Shown here piece after piece: positions 8,520-16,811 of a stretch of 35,183 bases of DNA (its first letter is position 1; every line of letters begins with the position of its first letter). The position numbers and the translations under genes are program-made. The stretch comes from a virus: the UHGV virus genome UHGV-0213391; one strand, written 5' to 3'. A model generated the notes under the pieces. That model was not told where the DNA came from. It saw only the letters and a list, made by a program, of their open reading frames with translations, and did not search any database.

Positions 8520-9518
8520 ATGAGCGAACAACTTGAAATCATCCCCTTGAATGTGAGCGCCAAAGGCGAAGTGCTTTCTTCCAATCTGGCCGAATTCCGC
8601 GCCTCCGTCAAAACCGTCCTGGACAGCATCAAACTCACCCCCGAAACCGATGAAGAATTCGGATTGGCTGAACAAAACGTCAAAATGCTCAAGGGAGCGG
8701 AAGATACCGTCAAGGCGGCCAGGGAAAAAGCCCTGAAGGATGCCCAGAGCCTCCATGAATTCTTTGCCGCGCTGGACGAATCCAGTGAAGAAATCCGGCA
8801 AGCCCGGCTTACCCTGGAAAAGAAGATCGCCGGAGAGAAAGAGAAAATCCGCAACAAGCTGATCGATGCCGCCCTTGCCTGCCTGGAATGTGCTCCCCAT
8901 TTGCGGAAGAAAGTATTTGGCGGCACAATGGCGGAAGCCATTAAAGGAAAACGCACCATTAAAAGCATTGAAGCTGCTTTAGATGCGGCAGTATCCGGGG
9001 TGAACAGTACCATCACCACCAACCGCGGCATCATCCTCGAATTCATGGAAGCGTACGATGGAAACCTTGTGTTGGATAAAGACGAGCTTGAAACAAGATC
9101 AACGATCTATGTTGAGTCCGAATTGCACCGCCGCCAAGATGCCGCCAACGCTGCCAAAGAGCGGGCCAGGCTGGCCGAAGAAGCCCGGAAGGCACGGGAA
9201 GAAGCCGAACAGGCAAAAACGAAACTGAAGGAGCAGGGCAAGCCTCCTGTCCCTCCGTCTCCTTCCGTCATCAACATGACCGCGTTTGAACCAGACCCGG
9301 AACCAGTTCGTGTTCCGGCTTCCGCGGCATCTCCGGCGCCGGTGAGCGAATCAGAAGAATGGAGTCAATTCCAAGCTGCCGTTTTTGGAGCCTTTGCAAA
9401 GCTCAAGGATGCCCGCGGGAAGCTCACCCACCCCGCCAACAAACGCCGCGTTGCCTATTTTGCTCAGGCCGTCAACAAGGCGTGGGAAACCTGCATAGCG
9501 GAAGGAGGTCAACAGTGA
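8520..9518 (+). CDS. Hypothetical coiled-coil protein with Pro-rich C-terminus, recombination-module associated
   Basis: Lies between recT and the exonuclease gene; no catalytic motif recognised. Confidence 0.5.
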   Translation: MSEQLEIIPLNVSAKGEVLSSNLAEFRASVKTVLDSIKLTPETDEEFGLAEQNVKMLKGAEDTVKAAREKALKDAQSLHEFFAALDESSEEIRQARLTLEKKIAGEKEKIRNKLIDAALACLECAPHLRKKVFGGTMAEAIKGKRTIKSIEAALDAAVSGVNSTITTNRGIILEFMEAYDGNLVLDKDELETRSTIYVESELHRRQDAANAAKERARLAEEARKAREEAEQAKTKLKEQGKPPVPPSPSVINMTAFEPDPEPVRVPASAASPAPVSESEEWSQFQAAVFGAFAKLKDARGKLTHPANKRRVAYFAQAVNKAWETCIAEGGQQ

Positions 9519-10153
9519 AAATCTGGCCCTCCATGGAGCAACGCTCTGACGCCTGGTTCCGCGCCCGCGCTGGCCGCCTGACGGCCAGCAACTTCAAAAA
9601 AGTACTTACCCCGAAAGGTGTAGATTCCCAATCGTGGCACAATCTCGCCCTGGAAATGTGTTGCAGCCGCGTCCGGCCCGATGAAATCCAATGGGAAGGC
9701 AACCGCCATACGGACCGCGGAACAGAACAGGAGCCGGAAGCCCGAGAAGAATTTAGCCGCATCATGGGGCTGGAAGTGGAACAGGTGGGATTTATCGTTC
9801 AAGACAATGAACTGGTGGGGTGCTCCCCTGACGGCATGATCAAAATCAATGGTGAATATGCTGCTGGGGTAGAATTCAAGTGCCCTATTTCCGTAATTCA
9901 CACACAGTACATATTGGATGGCATTTTGCCTGACAAATACAAGGCGCAGGTTCACGGCTCCATGATTGTGACGGGGCTTCCCTATTGGTATTTCATGAGC
10001 TATTGCCGCGGTTTTCGACCGTTTATTTTACGGGTGGAACGGGATAGCTACACCGACGAATTAGAAGATGCTATTGAGCGATTTATAATCTATTACGCAG
10101 ATTTTTATAAACGCAACATGCCTAAATTCGTTGAAGGAAGGAGGGCGGCATGA
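9515..10153 (+). CDS. YqaJ-like viral recombinase-type exonuclease (PD-(D/E)xK)
   Basis: SD GAAGGAGG lies 6 nt before GTG 9515. 'MEQRSDAWFRARAGRLTASNF' is the YqaJ N-terminal signature. The gene is paired with recT. Confidence 0.75.
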   Translation: MKIWPSMEQRSDAWFRARAGRLTASNFKKVLTPKGVDSQSWHNLALEMCCSRVRPDEIQWEGNRHTDRGTEQEPEAREEFSRIMGLEVEQVGFIVQDNELVGCSPDGMIKINGEYAAGVEFKCPISVIHTQYILDGILPDKYKAQVHGSMIVTGLPYWYFMSYCRGFRPFILRVERDSYTDELEDAIERFIIYYADFYKRNMPKFVEGRRAA

Positions 10154-10491
10154 GAACCAGGGCAAGAGCTATCCATCGGCCCGGCGTGATGAACAAGACG
10201 GAAGCCGCCTATGGCTTTTACTTGTCTGACCTCCAAAACAAGGGGGAAATACGGGAATTTAAGTTTGAAGCCGTCAAACTGATCTTGGGGAACCGCTGCT
10301 CATACACACCGGATTTCATGGTTGTCCGCCCAGACGGCACCCTTGAATTCCACGAAGTGAAAGGCTTTTGGCGCGACGATGCCAGGGTAAAAATCAAGAC
10401 GGCCGCCGACAAGTTCCCCTTTGTTTTTATCGCTGCCAAGCAGACAAAAACGGGTTGGGAAATCGAAACAATCCAGGAAGGAGAAAATTGA
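10150..10491 (+). CDS. DUF1064-family phage protein (PD-(D/E)xK-like; start more likely ATG 10189)
   Basis: 'MNKTEAAYGFYLSDLQNKGEIREFKFEAVKL...YTPDFMVVRPDGTLEFHEVKG' matches the DUF1064 pattern. Confidence 0.55.
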   Translation: MRTRARAIHRPGVMNKTEAAYGFYLSDLQNKGEIREFKFEAVKLILGNRCSYTPDFMVVRPDGTLEFHEVKGFWRDDARVKIKTAADKFPFVFIAAKQTKTGWEIETIQEGEN

Positions 10492-10492
10492 A

Positions 10493-10819
10493 ATGAATAG
10501 ATTTAAGAAAACATATAGAGAATGCCTTTGCTTAGTATCATCAGGAGGTTTTGTCGCAGGATGTATTTATCCGATCGTTGGTTGGAATAATGGTCTACAT
10601 GTTATTACAGAAGATAAAAACGGTGAACCATTGGATTATTTGCTTCATAACGGGGGCGGTGATCCTGTTGAAAACGAATATGGGATAACAGGCGATCTTG
10701 CGGCGGTAGATGATAGATTCTACGAAGAACAAGGGAACTTAATATTCCGAACTTTGGTTGACGGTAAAATTGACACATATCCGTGGGAGCTTGAACAGAA
10801 GGGAGGGGCGGAACAATGA
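10493..10819 (+). CDS. Putative lipoprotein (AT-rich moron)
   Basis: SD GGAAGGAG. 'MNRFKKTYRECLCLVSSGGFVAGC' is a signal peptide with a lipobox-like VAGC. GC content is distinctly lower. Confidence 0.4.
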   Translation: MNRFKKTYRECLCLVSSGGFVAGCIYPIVGWNNGLHVITEDKNGEPLDYLLHNGGGDPVENEYGITGDLAAVDDRFYEEQGNLIFRTLVDGKIDTYPWELEQKGGAEQ

Positions 10820-11025
10820 AAAGGACATACGATGTCATTGTTTGGATTGCCACTATAAATAGAGAAACGCACCTAATTGAACCGAAAGATGTTTTAATTG
10901 CTCACGGTTTGAGAACAAAGCGTTCCGCCCGGAAATACATTGAATTTTACAAGGAAGAATACGACCAGAAAGAAAATATGTATGAAATCCTCGTGTCAGA
11001 TGGAAAGGAGGCCAGCAATGATTAA
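10816..11025 (+). CDS. Hypothetical small protein (69 aa)
   Basis: ATG overlaps the previous stop; SD GAAGGGAGG; AT-rich. Confidence 0.4.
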   Translation: MKRTYDVIVWIATINRETHLIEPKDVLIAHGLRTKRSARKYIEFYKEEYDQKENMYEILVSDGKEASND

Positions 11026-11437
11026 CATCCTCGCATCCGTCAGGCGGCCTTTCTCCGGCTTTATCCTGGACGGCAAAAAGCCATGGGAACTGCGTAAAAA
11101 CGCGCCGCGCATCCCCCGCGGAGAACACGTCACGCTCTGGACCTACGAATCCGGCAAAGACGGGGCGCGGGCGATCATCGGCAAGTGCCGGATGGTCTCC
11201 TATGTACGCATGCTTTATATGCCATCCGGGCAAGCCCTGGAACTATTGATCAAAGACGCCTGCGTAACGGAAGAGCACATCCGCGCCTATCTCCCGTTCT
11301 ACGCCTGGGGCGTCCAAGACCCCGTGAGACTGCCCGCCGCCGTGCCGCTCTCTGCCATCGGCCTGACCCGTCCGCCGCAGTCCTGGCAGTACCTTACCCC
11401 GGAGCAGGCGGCGATACTGGAAAGGAGGCTCGCATGA
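11018..11437 (+). CDS. ASCH (PUA-like) domain protein
   Basis: SD GGAGG. 'ILASVRRPFSGFILDGKKPWELRKNAPRIPRGEHVTLWTYESG...AIIGKCRM' matches the ASCH pattern. Confidence 0.5.
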   Translation: MINILASVRRPFSGFILDGKKPWELRKNAPRIPRGEHVTLWTYESGKDGARAIIGKCRMVSYVRMLYMPSGQALELLIKDACVTEEHIRAYLPFYAWGVQDPVRLPAAVPLSAIGLTRPPQSWQYLTPEQAAILERRLA

Positions 11438-11595
11438 AACTGGTGCCTGAGCAGAAAGCTTTTTACAAGTACGGACGGCCTATTATGAAAAATTGTTGCA
11501 CATGTAAGTATGGAGCTTACTTTAAAATGGTTCCATGTTCCATATGCGATGAAAATTTTAGCAGCTGGGCACCGAGAAAGGAGGAAAATGAATGA
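11434..11595 (+). CDS. Small zinc-ribbon protein (53 aa)
   Basis: 'NCCTCKYGAYFKMVPCSICDE' has four Cys in C-x-C and C-x2-C pairs. ATG overlaps the previous stop; AT-rich. Confidence 0.35.
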   Translation: MKLVPEQKAFYKYGRPIMKNCCTCKYGAYFKMVPCSICDENFSSWAPRKEENE

Positions 11596-12577
11596 GCTAC
11601 ATCTTTTCGCGGGCGCTGGTGGAGGAATACTTGGCAGCGAGCTGCTCGGATTCCGCACCGTCTGCGCCGTCGAGCTCGAACCCTATCCCGCAAGCGTACT
11701 GCTCGCCCGACAGAATGACGGCCTACTCCCGCCTTTCCCGGTTTGGGATGACGTATGCACCTTTGACGGGCGACCATGGCGCGGCCTTGTTGACGTGGTA
11801 TCTGGAGGCTTCCCGTGCCAGGACATCAGCGCGGCAGGTAAAGGTGCCGGCATTGATGGCGCCCGCTCTGGACTCTGGCGGGAAATGCACCGGATTGTTG
11901 GCGAGGTACGACCTCAATACGTCTTTGTGGAAAACTCCCCAATGCTCACTGCTCGCGGGCTTGGATGTGTTCTTGGGGACCTGGCCGCGAGCGGGTATGA
12001 TGCGGAATGGATGGTGCTGGGGGCGGATGAAGTGGGGGCGCCGCATGAGCGAAAGCGCATGTGGATACTTGCTGTCAACTCCGCCGCTGGGGCAGGGCAT
12101 GAAATTTGCAACCCCGCAAGCCAGGGATTTCAGGACGGGAGAAGCCAGAAGATGGGACAATCTAGCCCGAAGCCGGAACCTGAACGACCAGATTGCAAAA
12201 TTCCCGACTCCAACCTCACGGGATTGGAAGGACAGCGGCTCCAGCCAGGGCAATCGGAAGTCCCCGAACCTGGGAACTATAGCCAGCAGATTTCCTACCC
12301 CAAGAACAAAAGGCATGTGCGGAGGAAGTGGGGCTTTTCAGAAAATGAAAGCCCTGGAAGCCGAAGGGATTGTCACGACGGAAGAGCGGAAACAGATGAC
12401 TGCGGGGAATGGTGGTCAGCTGAACCCGACGTGGACCGAGTGGCTCATGGGGTGGCCGCTAGAGTGGACCGCATTGAAGCCATTGGCAACGGACAAGTTC
12501 CGGCAGTGGCGGCAACTGCATTCCGGATTTTACTCGGTCGAATCATGAACTACAACCCCCAACTGACGCTTTTTTGA
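11588..12577 (+). CDS. DNA (cytosine-5)-methyltransferase, with apparent internal frame inconsistency (possibly frameshifted)
   Basis: SD AAGGAGG, then ATG. Motif I is LFAGAGGG, IV is GFPCQDIS, VI is ENSP, VIII is PHERKRMWI. Motif X 'AIGNGQVPAVAATAFRIL' is in the same frame. The TP(T/Q)ARD repeats and 'NPTWTEWLMGWPLEWT' lie in the +1 frame (ORF 11592..12548). Confidence 0.75.
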   Translation: MNELHLFAGAGGGILGSELLGFRTVCAVELEPYPASVLLARQNDGLLPPFPVWDDVCTFDGRPWRGLVDVVSGGFPCQDISAAGKGAGIDGARSGLWREMHRIVGEVRPQYVFVENSPMLTARGLGCVLGDLAASGYDAEWMVLGADEVGAPHERKRMWILAVNSAAGAGHEICNPASQGFQDGRSQKMGQSSPKPEPERPDCKIPDSNLTGLEGQRLQPGQSEVPEPGNYSQQISYPKNKRHVRRKWGFSENESPGSRRDCHDGRAETDDCGEWWSAEPDVDRVAHGVAARVDRIEAIGNGQVPAVAATAFRILLGRIMNYNPQLTLF

Positions 12578-12578
12578 T

Positions 12579-13103
12579 ATGGCACGTAAACCAACATCTT
12601 TAATACCGCGGACGCACCGGGAACTGTGCGAAATTGCTGAACGCTGGCTCATGGGCTCTGCCCGTTGCCGGGTGGCGATCGCGGAACCGAACTGCATCGT
12701 TACGGACGAGCAGCCCGACGCTATAGGTTTCAAGGGATCGTATAGCATCCTCGTTGAGGCTAAAACCAGCCGGGCGGATTTTTTGGCAGACCTCAAAAAG
12801 CCGTTCCGCCTCCGTCCTCAAAAGGGTATGGGGTATTGCCGATACTACATCTGTGAGCCGGGGATCATCACAGAAGATGACCTGCCGGAACGGTGGGGAT
12901 TACTGTATGTCCTCCCTGGCGGACGGGTTCGGATAGTTCGGTACAGCAGATATTTCCGTGAGGCAAACTACGCCGCTGAAAGGAGCCTTTTGACCGCATG
13001 CCTGTACATCCAGAAGCCGCTAAAAATCAATACTGTTCAAGGCAGGAAAATACAGCTCTCACCTGCATTTGGCGCAGAAGCAAAAGAGAAGGAGGGGATA
13101 TAG
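12579..13103 (+). CDS. PD-(D/E)xK nuclease-superfamily protein
   Basis: 'IVTDEQPDAIGFKGSYSILVEAKTSRADF' carries PD...E-A-K. Confidence 0.45.
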   Translation: MARKPTSLIPRTHRELCEIAERWLMGSARCRVAIAEPNCIVTDEQPDAIGFKGSYSILVEAKTSRADFLADLKKPFRLRPQKGMGYCRYYICEPGIITEDDLPERWGLLYVLPGGRVRIVRYSRYFREANYAAERSLLTACLYIQKPLKINTVQGRKIQLSPAFGAEAKEKEGI

Positions 13104-13108
13104 TATAT

Positions 13109-13822
13109 ATGGCCGGAGACTGGATAAAGGTTGAAAAAGAACTGCACGATAAACCGGAAGTGCGCCGCATGGCCCGCGCTCTCCGTTTGTCACGTTTCGA
13201 CATTGTAGGACGCTTGGTTTCTGTATGGTCCTGGGCTGATTCTCATTCTTTCACGGGTTCCGGGATGGACATCTCGGAAGAAGACATTGACGACATTGCG
13301 GACCTGGTCGGGTTCGCCGATGCGCTTCGCCAAGTGGGCTGGCTCAAGGGACGCGCTGCCTCCCTTGAGTTCCCCAACTTTGGACGGCACAACGGCCAAT
13401 CCGCGAAACGCCGCGCAATGGAAGCAGAAAGAAAACGCCTGGAAAGAATGGGTTGTAGCGACGATGCGGACAAACGTCCGCAAAGGAAGCGGACAAAATG
13501 CGGACAAAATGCGGACCAGAGAAGAGAAGAAAAGAATTTATCCCCCTTTCTTCCCCCTCCGTGTACCGTGGAGGAAGTCGAAGCCCATTTGCGGGCCGCG
13601 GCTTTTGCGGGCAGGGTTCGGTTAGCTCCTGACCAGATTCCGGATTGTGCAACAGCATACATCTCCAAACGGGATTTGACGGATTGGAAACGCGGAGAAA
13701 TTCCCATCACCGCGGCCAAATGGAAATCTGACTCCATCAATTTTGCCGTCAGTTATTCCGCCAACCATCCCGCACAGACGGGAACAGATAAAGACCCATA
13801 TTCAAACCTTGAAGAACTTTAA
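13109..13822 (+). CDS. Phage replication initiator / replisome-organiser-like protein
   Basis: 'MAGDWIKVEKELHDKPEVRRMARALRL...VGRLVSVWSWAD' resembles the replisome-organiser N-terminal domain. SD AAGGAGGGG. The gene contains iterons and sits directly upstream of dnaB. Confidence 0.5.
   Translation: MAGDWIKVEKELHDKPEVRRMARALRLSRFDIVGRLVSVWSWADSHSFTGSGMDISEEDIDDIADLVGFADALRQVGWLKGRAASLEFPNFGRHNGQSAKRRAMEAERKRLERMGCSDDADKRPQRKRTKCGQNADQRREEKNLSPFLPPPCTVEEVEAHLRAAAFAGRVRLAPDQIPDCATAYISKRDLTDWKRGEIPITAAKWKSDSINFAVSYSANHPAQTGTDKDPYSNLEEL
13460..13560. repeat. Iteron cluster plus A/G-rich tract (candidate phage origin of replication)
   Basis: GCGGAC(A/C) copies at 13465, 13489, 13500 and 13511, of which the middle two are perfect 11-mers GCGGACAAAAT. 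An inverted copy GTCCGC is at 13476. The cluster is followed by AGAGAAGAGAAGAAAAGAATTTATCCCCC. Confidence 0.5.
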
Positions 13823-13842
13823 CAATCAACCTATTTCAAAAC

Positions 13843-15189
13843 ATGATCGACTCTCAAACACTTATTGACGCTGAAAAACTGGTGCTTTCCCAGGCTATGG
13901 ACGGCACCCAGGCATTTACGGACTTCCGGGACAAAGGCATTTCCCGGCAGACATTCAGCCTCCCGGCACATCAACAGATTTGGTCTGCCTTGGAAACCAT
14001 TGCCAAGACAGGCGGCACCGTGGATGCCCTGACCGTCATTGCTCACCTGGAGACTCAAGGCCAGCTTGACGCCGTAGGAGGGCACGCCGGGGTGGTAGAG
14101 ATTGCCACCTATGGAGCCCTTGCCCGCTACAAGACGGACGCTGCGCTGGAAATGGTCACGGAAGCCGCAAAAAGACGTTCTCTGCTCGCTTTTGCGTCCC
14201 GGATTGCGGAATGTGCCGGAGACCAGCTCAAAAGTGCGGAAGAGACATTGGATGAAGTTGAACGCGATATGTCCTCCCTGCGGGACAAATGCGGCGTCAA
14301 GCAAACCGAAACCATCCGCGGAGCGGTGGGCTCCATCATCGAAAACCTGCAATGGCGCATGAAGAACCCCGGCGCCATCAAGGGGCTGTCCTCCGGGTTC
14401 CGCCGTCTGAATCTGACCCTGGACGGGTTGCAGCCCGGCGCCATGATTGTGATCGCCGCCCGGCCCGGCGTCGGGAAAACCGCTGCCCTTGTCAACATCC
14501 TGACCAACATCTGCCTGGAAGGAACCCCCGTGGGAATGTTCAGCCTGGAAATGCCGAAAGCCCAGCTTTTGGAGCGCATTCTTTACGGCATGGCCGGCAT
14601 CAATTCCGACGACATTCGCCGCGGCAAGCCGATGACGGTCGGACAGCAACAGCATTTCACGGCTGCCGTGCGGAAAATCACGGATGCCCCGCTGCACATC
14701 GACGATGAAAGCGCCCTGACCATCGAAAAAATCAAGGCCCGCGGACGCCGGATGGTAAGGGAACACGGTGTCAAGTGCATCGGGGTAGACTACTTGCAGC
14801 TTGTGCGCTCCACGTCCCAGCAGGCCCGCGGGAGCCGGGAGCGGGAAGTCTCTGAAATCTCGGCTGGCCTGAAGGCTATGGCAAAAGAGTTGAATATTCC
14901 CGTCCTGGTGCTGGCCCAGCTCAACCGCGACGTGGAAAAGCGTCAAGGCAAGTCCCAGGGAAAGCCGGTTGTTTCCGACCTGCGCGACTCCGGATCCATT
15001 GAACAGGACGCGGACCAGATCATCATGATTCACCGGCCCGGAATGTATAATCCGGACAAGCACGCGCCCACAGAAGCGCAGTGGATTATTGGCAAAAACC
15101 GCTTTGGGCGTATGGGGCATATTCCGTTCCGTTGGATCGCGGAACTTACGAAATACGAAGAAGAATCTACAACCACCAGCAAATCATGA
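13843..15189 (+). CDS. dnaB: Replicative DNA helicase DnaB
   Basis: Walker A is 'IAARPGVGKTAAL'. 'DYLQLV' and 'SDLRDSGSIEQDADQIIMIHRP' are DnaB C-terminal motifs; the N-terminal domain is present. Confidence 0.9.
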   Translation: MIDSQTLIDAEKLVLSQAMDGTQAFTDFRDKGISRQTFSLPAHQQIWSALETIAKTGGTVDALTVIAHLETQGQLDAVGGHAGVVEIATYGALARYKTDAALEMVTEAAKRRSLLAFASRIAECAGDQLKSAEETLDEVERDMSSLRDKCGVKQTETIRGAVGSIIENLQWRMKNPGAIKGLSSGFRRLNLTLDGLQPGAMIVIAARPGVGKTAALVNILTNICLEGTPVGMFSLEMPKAQLLERILYGMAGINSDDIRRGKPMTVGQQQHFTAAVRKITDAPLHIDDESALTIEKIKARGRRMVREHGVKCIGVDYLQLVRSTSQQARGSREREVSEISAGLKAMAKELNIPVLVLAQLNRDVEKRQGKSQGKPVVSDLRDSGSIEQDADQIIMIHRPGMYNPDKHAPTEAQWIIGKNRFGRMGHIPFRWIAELTKYEEESTTTSKS

Positions 15190-15452
15190 AAAAACTAGAC
15201 ATCATCACTCAACCCTGCGGAGCTCATGCCTTGAGAATGTCCCTCTATTTGGGACCCAAGCGCAAGAGAATGAGAATTTGCATCGGGCTGGAAACACACG
15301 ATTACATGGAAGCCCAGCGCCGCGCATTGCTCCTTCTACGTTACAACAAACGCCTTGGAATTTATGATCAGGATATTCCCGGAGAAGCTGAAATCACATA
15401 TCCCGCAAAAACGGATGACTTGCCCCTGTTCCGGGGCGACAATGGCGAATAA
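15186..15452 (+). CDS. Hypothetical 88-aa protein; possible N-terminal remnant of a DnaC-like loader
   Basis: ATG overlaps the dnaB stop. 'LYLGPKRKRMRICIGL' weakly recalls a degenerate P-loop region. Confidence 0.4.
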   Translation: MKKLDIITQPCGAHALRMSLYLGPKRKRMRICIGLETHDYMEAQRRALLLLRYNKRLGIYDQDIPGEAEITYPAKTDDLPLFRGDNGE

Positions 15453-15454
15453 AA

Positions 15455-15838
15455 ATGGTAACACCCGTTGACATATTCCGGCGCAAGAAGTGCGTCCTCT
15501 ACTCCAAGGCCTATGATTACACGATGGCCCTGCGGGAGACGTTCAACGGCGGCGGCTCTGAATCGTCCGTCATGGCTCGCTACAAGGCGCCGTATCTGCT
15601 GGCCCTGGACGAGTATCACGAGGTAAAGGACACGGACTTTACAGGCCCGGCGCTGGAACGGCTCATTGACTACCGGCACCAGAACGGCAAGCCGACCATC
15701 ATCATTGCCAACTACAGCCCCGCCGCCCTGGAAGCTCATTTAGGCCCGGCCGTTGTTTCCCGCATCCATCTATGCGGCACCATCATCACGTGTGATTGGC
15801 AGTCCTATAGGGAGATCAACTACAACCTCCGGGAATAG
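15455..15838 (+). CDS. DnaC/IstB-like AAA+ helicase-loader C-terminal homologue lacking Walker A
   Basis: Compared from memory with E. coli DnaC. 'YLLALDEYH' is Walker B-like (DLLVIDEIG). 'NGKPTIIIANYS' resembles KRPTGMLTNSN. 'CDWQSYREI' resembles FNWDSYRSR. Confidence 0.6.
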   Translation: MVTPVDIFRRKKCVLYSKAYDYTMALRETFNGGGSESSVMARYKAPYLLALDEYHEVKDTDFTGPALERLIDYRHQNGKPTIIIANYSPAALEAHLGPAVVSRIHLCGTIITCDWQSYREINYNLRE

Positions 15839-15840
15839 CC

Positions 15841-15884
15841 CTGGAATCTCGTATACCCCCTGGAATCTCGTATAGGGCCCTATA
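15841..15884. repeat. Tandem direct repeat CTGGAATCTCGTATA x2 ending in palindrome TATAGGGCCCTATA (15871-15884), at the junction of convergent gene blocks
   Basis: Read directly. A further CCTATAGG palindrome lies at 15803-15810. Confidence 0.7.
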
Positions 15885-16182
15885 GGCTTTCTTCCTCCCA
15901 CAGTGGCGAAGGGTCATTAGGGTCAAGGGCTGGCAAGTCCGGCTGAATGAGGTACTTTGCGATGACGTCAACACCGTGCAGCAGCTTTTTCTGCATGCCG
16001 TCAAGCTGGCCTATGCAATAGCCAATGGTGCGGAGATCTCCGCGGGCTGTGGCGCGTTCCATTTCTTTGATGAGCTCCCGGAACTGGCGTTCATAACTTT
16101 CCTTCCATTCCGTGAGGATTTTGACGGCTTTTCCGCGTGTCTTCACACGCATAAGTTTTTCTTTCAGTGTTTTGCGTGCCAT
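15880..16182 (-). CDS. Hypothetical protein (100 aa, Lys/Glu-rich, helical)
   Basis: Last gene of the leftward accessory block. Confidence 0.45.
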   Translation of the reverse strand: MARKTLKEKLMRVKTRGKAVKILTEWKESYERQFRELIKEMERATARGDLRTIGYCIGQLDGMQKKLLHGVDVIAKYLIQPDLPALDPNDPSPLWEEESL

Positions 16183-16211
16183 AAAAAAGCCGCCCGGAAA
16201 TCCGGGCGGGG
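16183..16211 (-). terminator. Rho-independent terminator (minus strand)
   Basis: Minus-strand stem CCGCCCGG-ATTT-CCGGGCGG followed by CTTTTTTAT. Confidence 0.55.
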
Positions 16212-16218
16212 GCTGGGG

Positions 16219-16500
16219 TTAGGCAATCAAACAATGTTGAGCTACCACGGCATTACGCAGCATTGAGCAGGCATCAATCACCAGAGGAGAGTTATTGCCA
16301 ATCATGATTTTGCAGTCTTTTCCGGAAAAATAAATGTCTCCGATCATGTCCCCCTTTTCATCGATGATCCAGAGCTGAGGAGAAAAGCAGCGTGCCTTGT
16401 CAGTCATCAGATATTCAACAATCCATTCAACGGCATCATTAAGGGAGGCGTGAGTTTTAGCTGGTCCGTAAGCGGTGGTGATGTAGGTGTATTGATTCAT
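16219..16500 (-). CDS. Hypothetical protein (93 aa)
   Basis: Preceded (on the minus strand) by copy B of the duplicated promoter/leader element. Confidence 0.5.
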   Translation of the reverse strand: MNQYTYITTAYGPAKTHASLNDAVEWIVEYLMTDKARCFSPQLWIIDEKGDMIGDIYFSGKDCKIMIGNNSPLVIDACSMLRNAVVAQHCLIA

Positions 16501-16600
16501 TGTTTTGTTCTTTCAGTTTGTTGTTCTGTTTCCGGATCCTTACCTTCCGTCAACAAGACCAATATACTAAACAATGTTTAGTGACGCAAGAGAAAATTAC
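16501..16600 (-). promoter_or_regulatory. Copy B of the duplicated ~95-bp promoter/leader element, with 17-bp palindrome ACTAAACAATGTTTAGT (16566-16582)
   Basis: Near-identical to 17703-17800. Minus-sense order is palindrome, TTGTTGACGG, CTGAAAGAACAAAA, then ATG. Confidence 0.6.
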
Positions 16601-16811
16601 TTTCCCGACAACTTTTTTTCAAATCATGGTTTTCAATCGTCACAGCGATTAACTGCTGCATATAAGGCTGTAGCTTCCTTTTTCCATTTTTCCAATGATA
16701 GATACTCATTTCCGTAACCTTTAAAAGCTCCATAGCCTTTTTTACCGCATCATAAGGATTTTTTAATTCATAGGTCTTGTAAATCCAGTCGAGGAATTCT
16801 TGGATAGTCAT
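16578..16811 (-). CDS. Small HTH DNA-binding regulator (77 aa)
   Basis: 'AVKKAMELLKVTEMSIYHWKNGKRKL' is a helix-turn-helix. Its stop codon lies inside the palindrome of copy B. Confidence 0.5.
   Translation of the reverse strand: MTIQEFLDWIYKTYELKNPYDAVKKAMELLKVTEMSIYHWKNGKRKLQPYMQQLIAVTIENHDLKKSCRESNFLLRH

Noticed and set aside
11592-12548. 318-aa ORF overlapping the methyltransferase in the +1 frame, as an independent gene
   Set aside because: It is the alternative frame of the same methyltransferase locus. Its conserved C-terminal motifs argue for a frameshifted methyltransferase, not a separate overlapping gene.
13831-15120. 429-aa ORF on the minus strand
   Set aside because: Antisense to the clearly identified dnaB; a typical long spurious ORF in GC-rich DNA.
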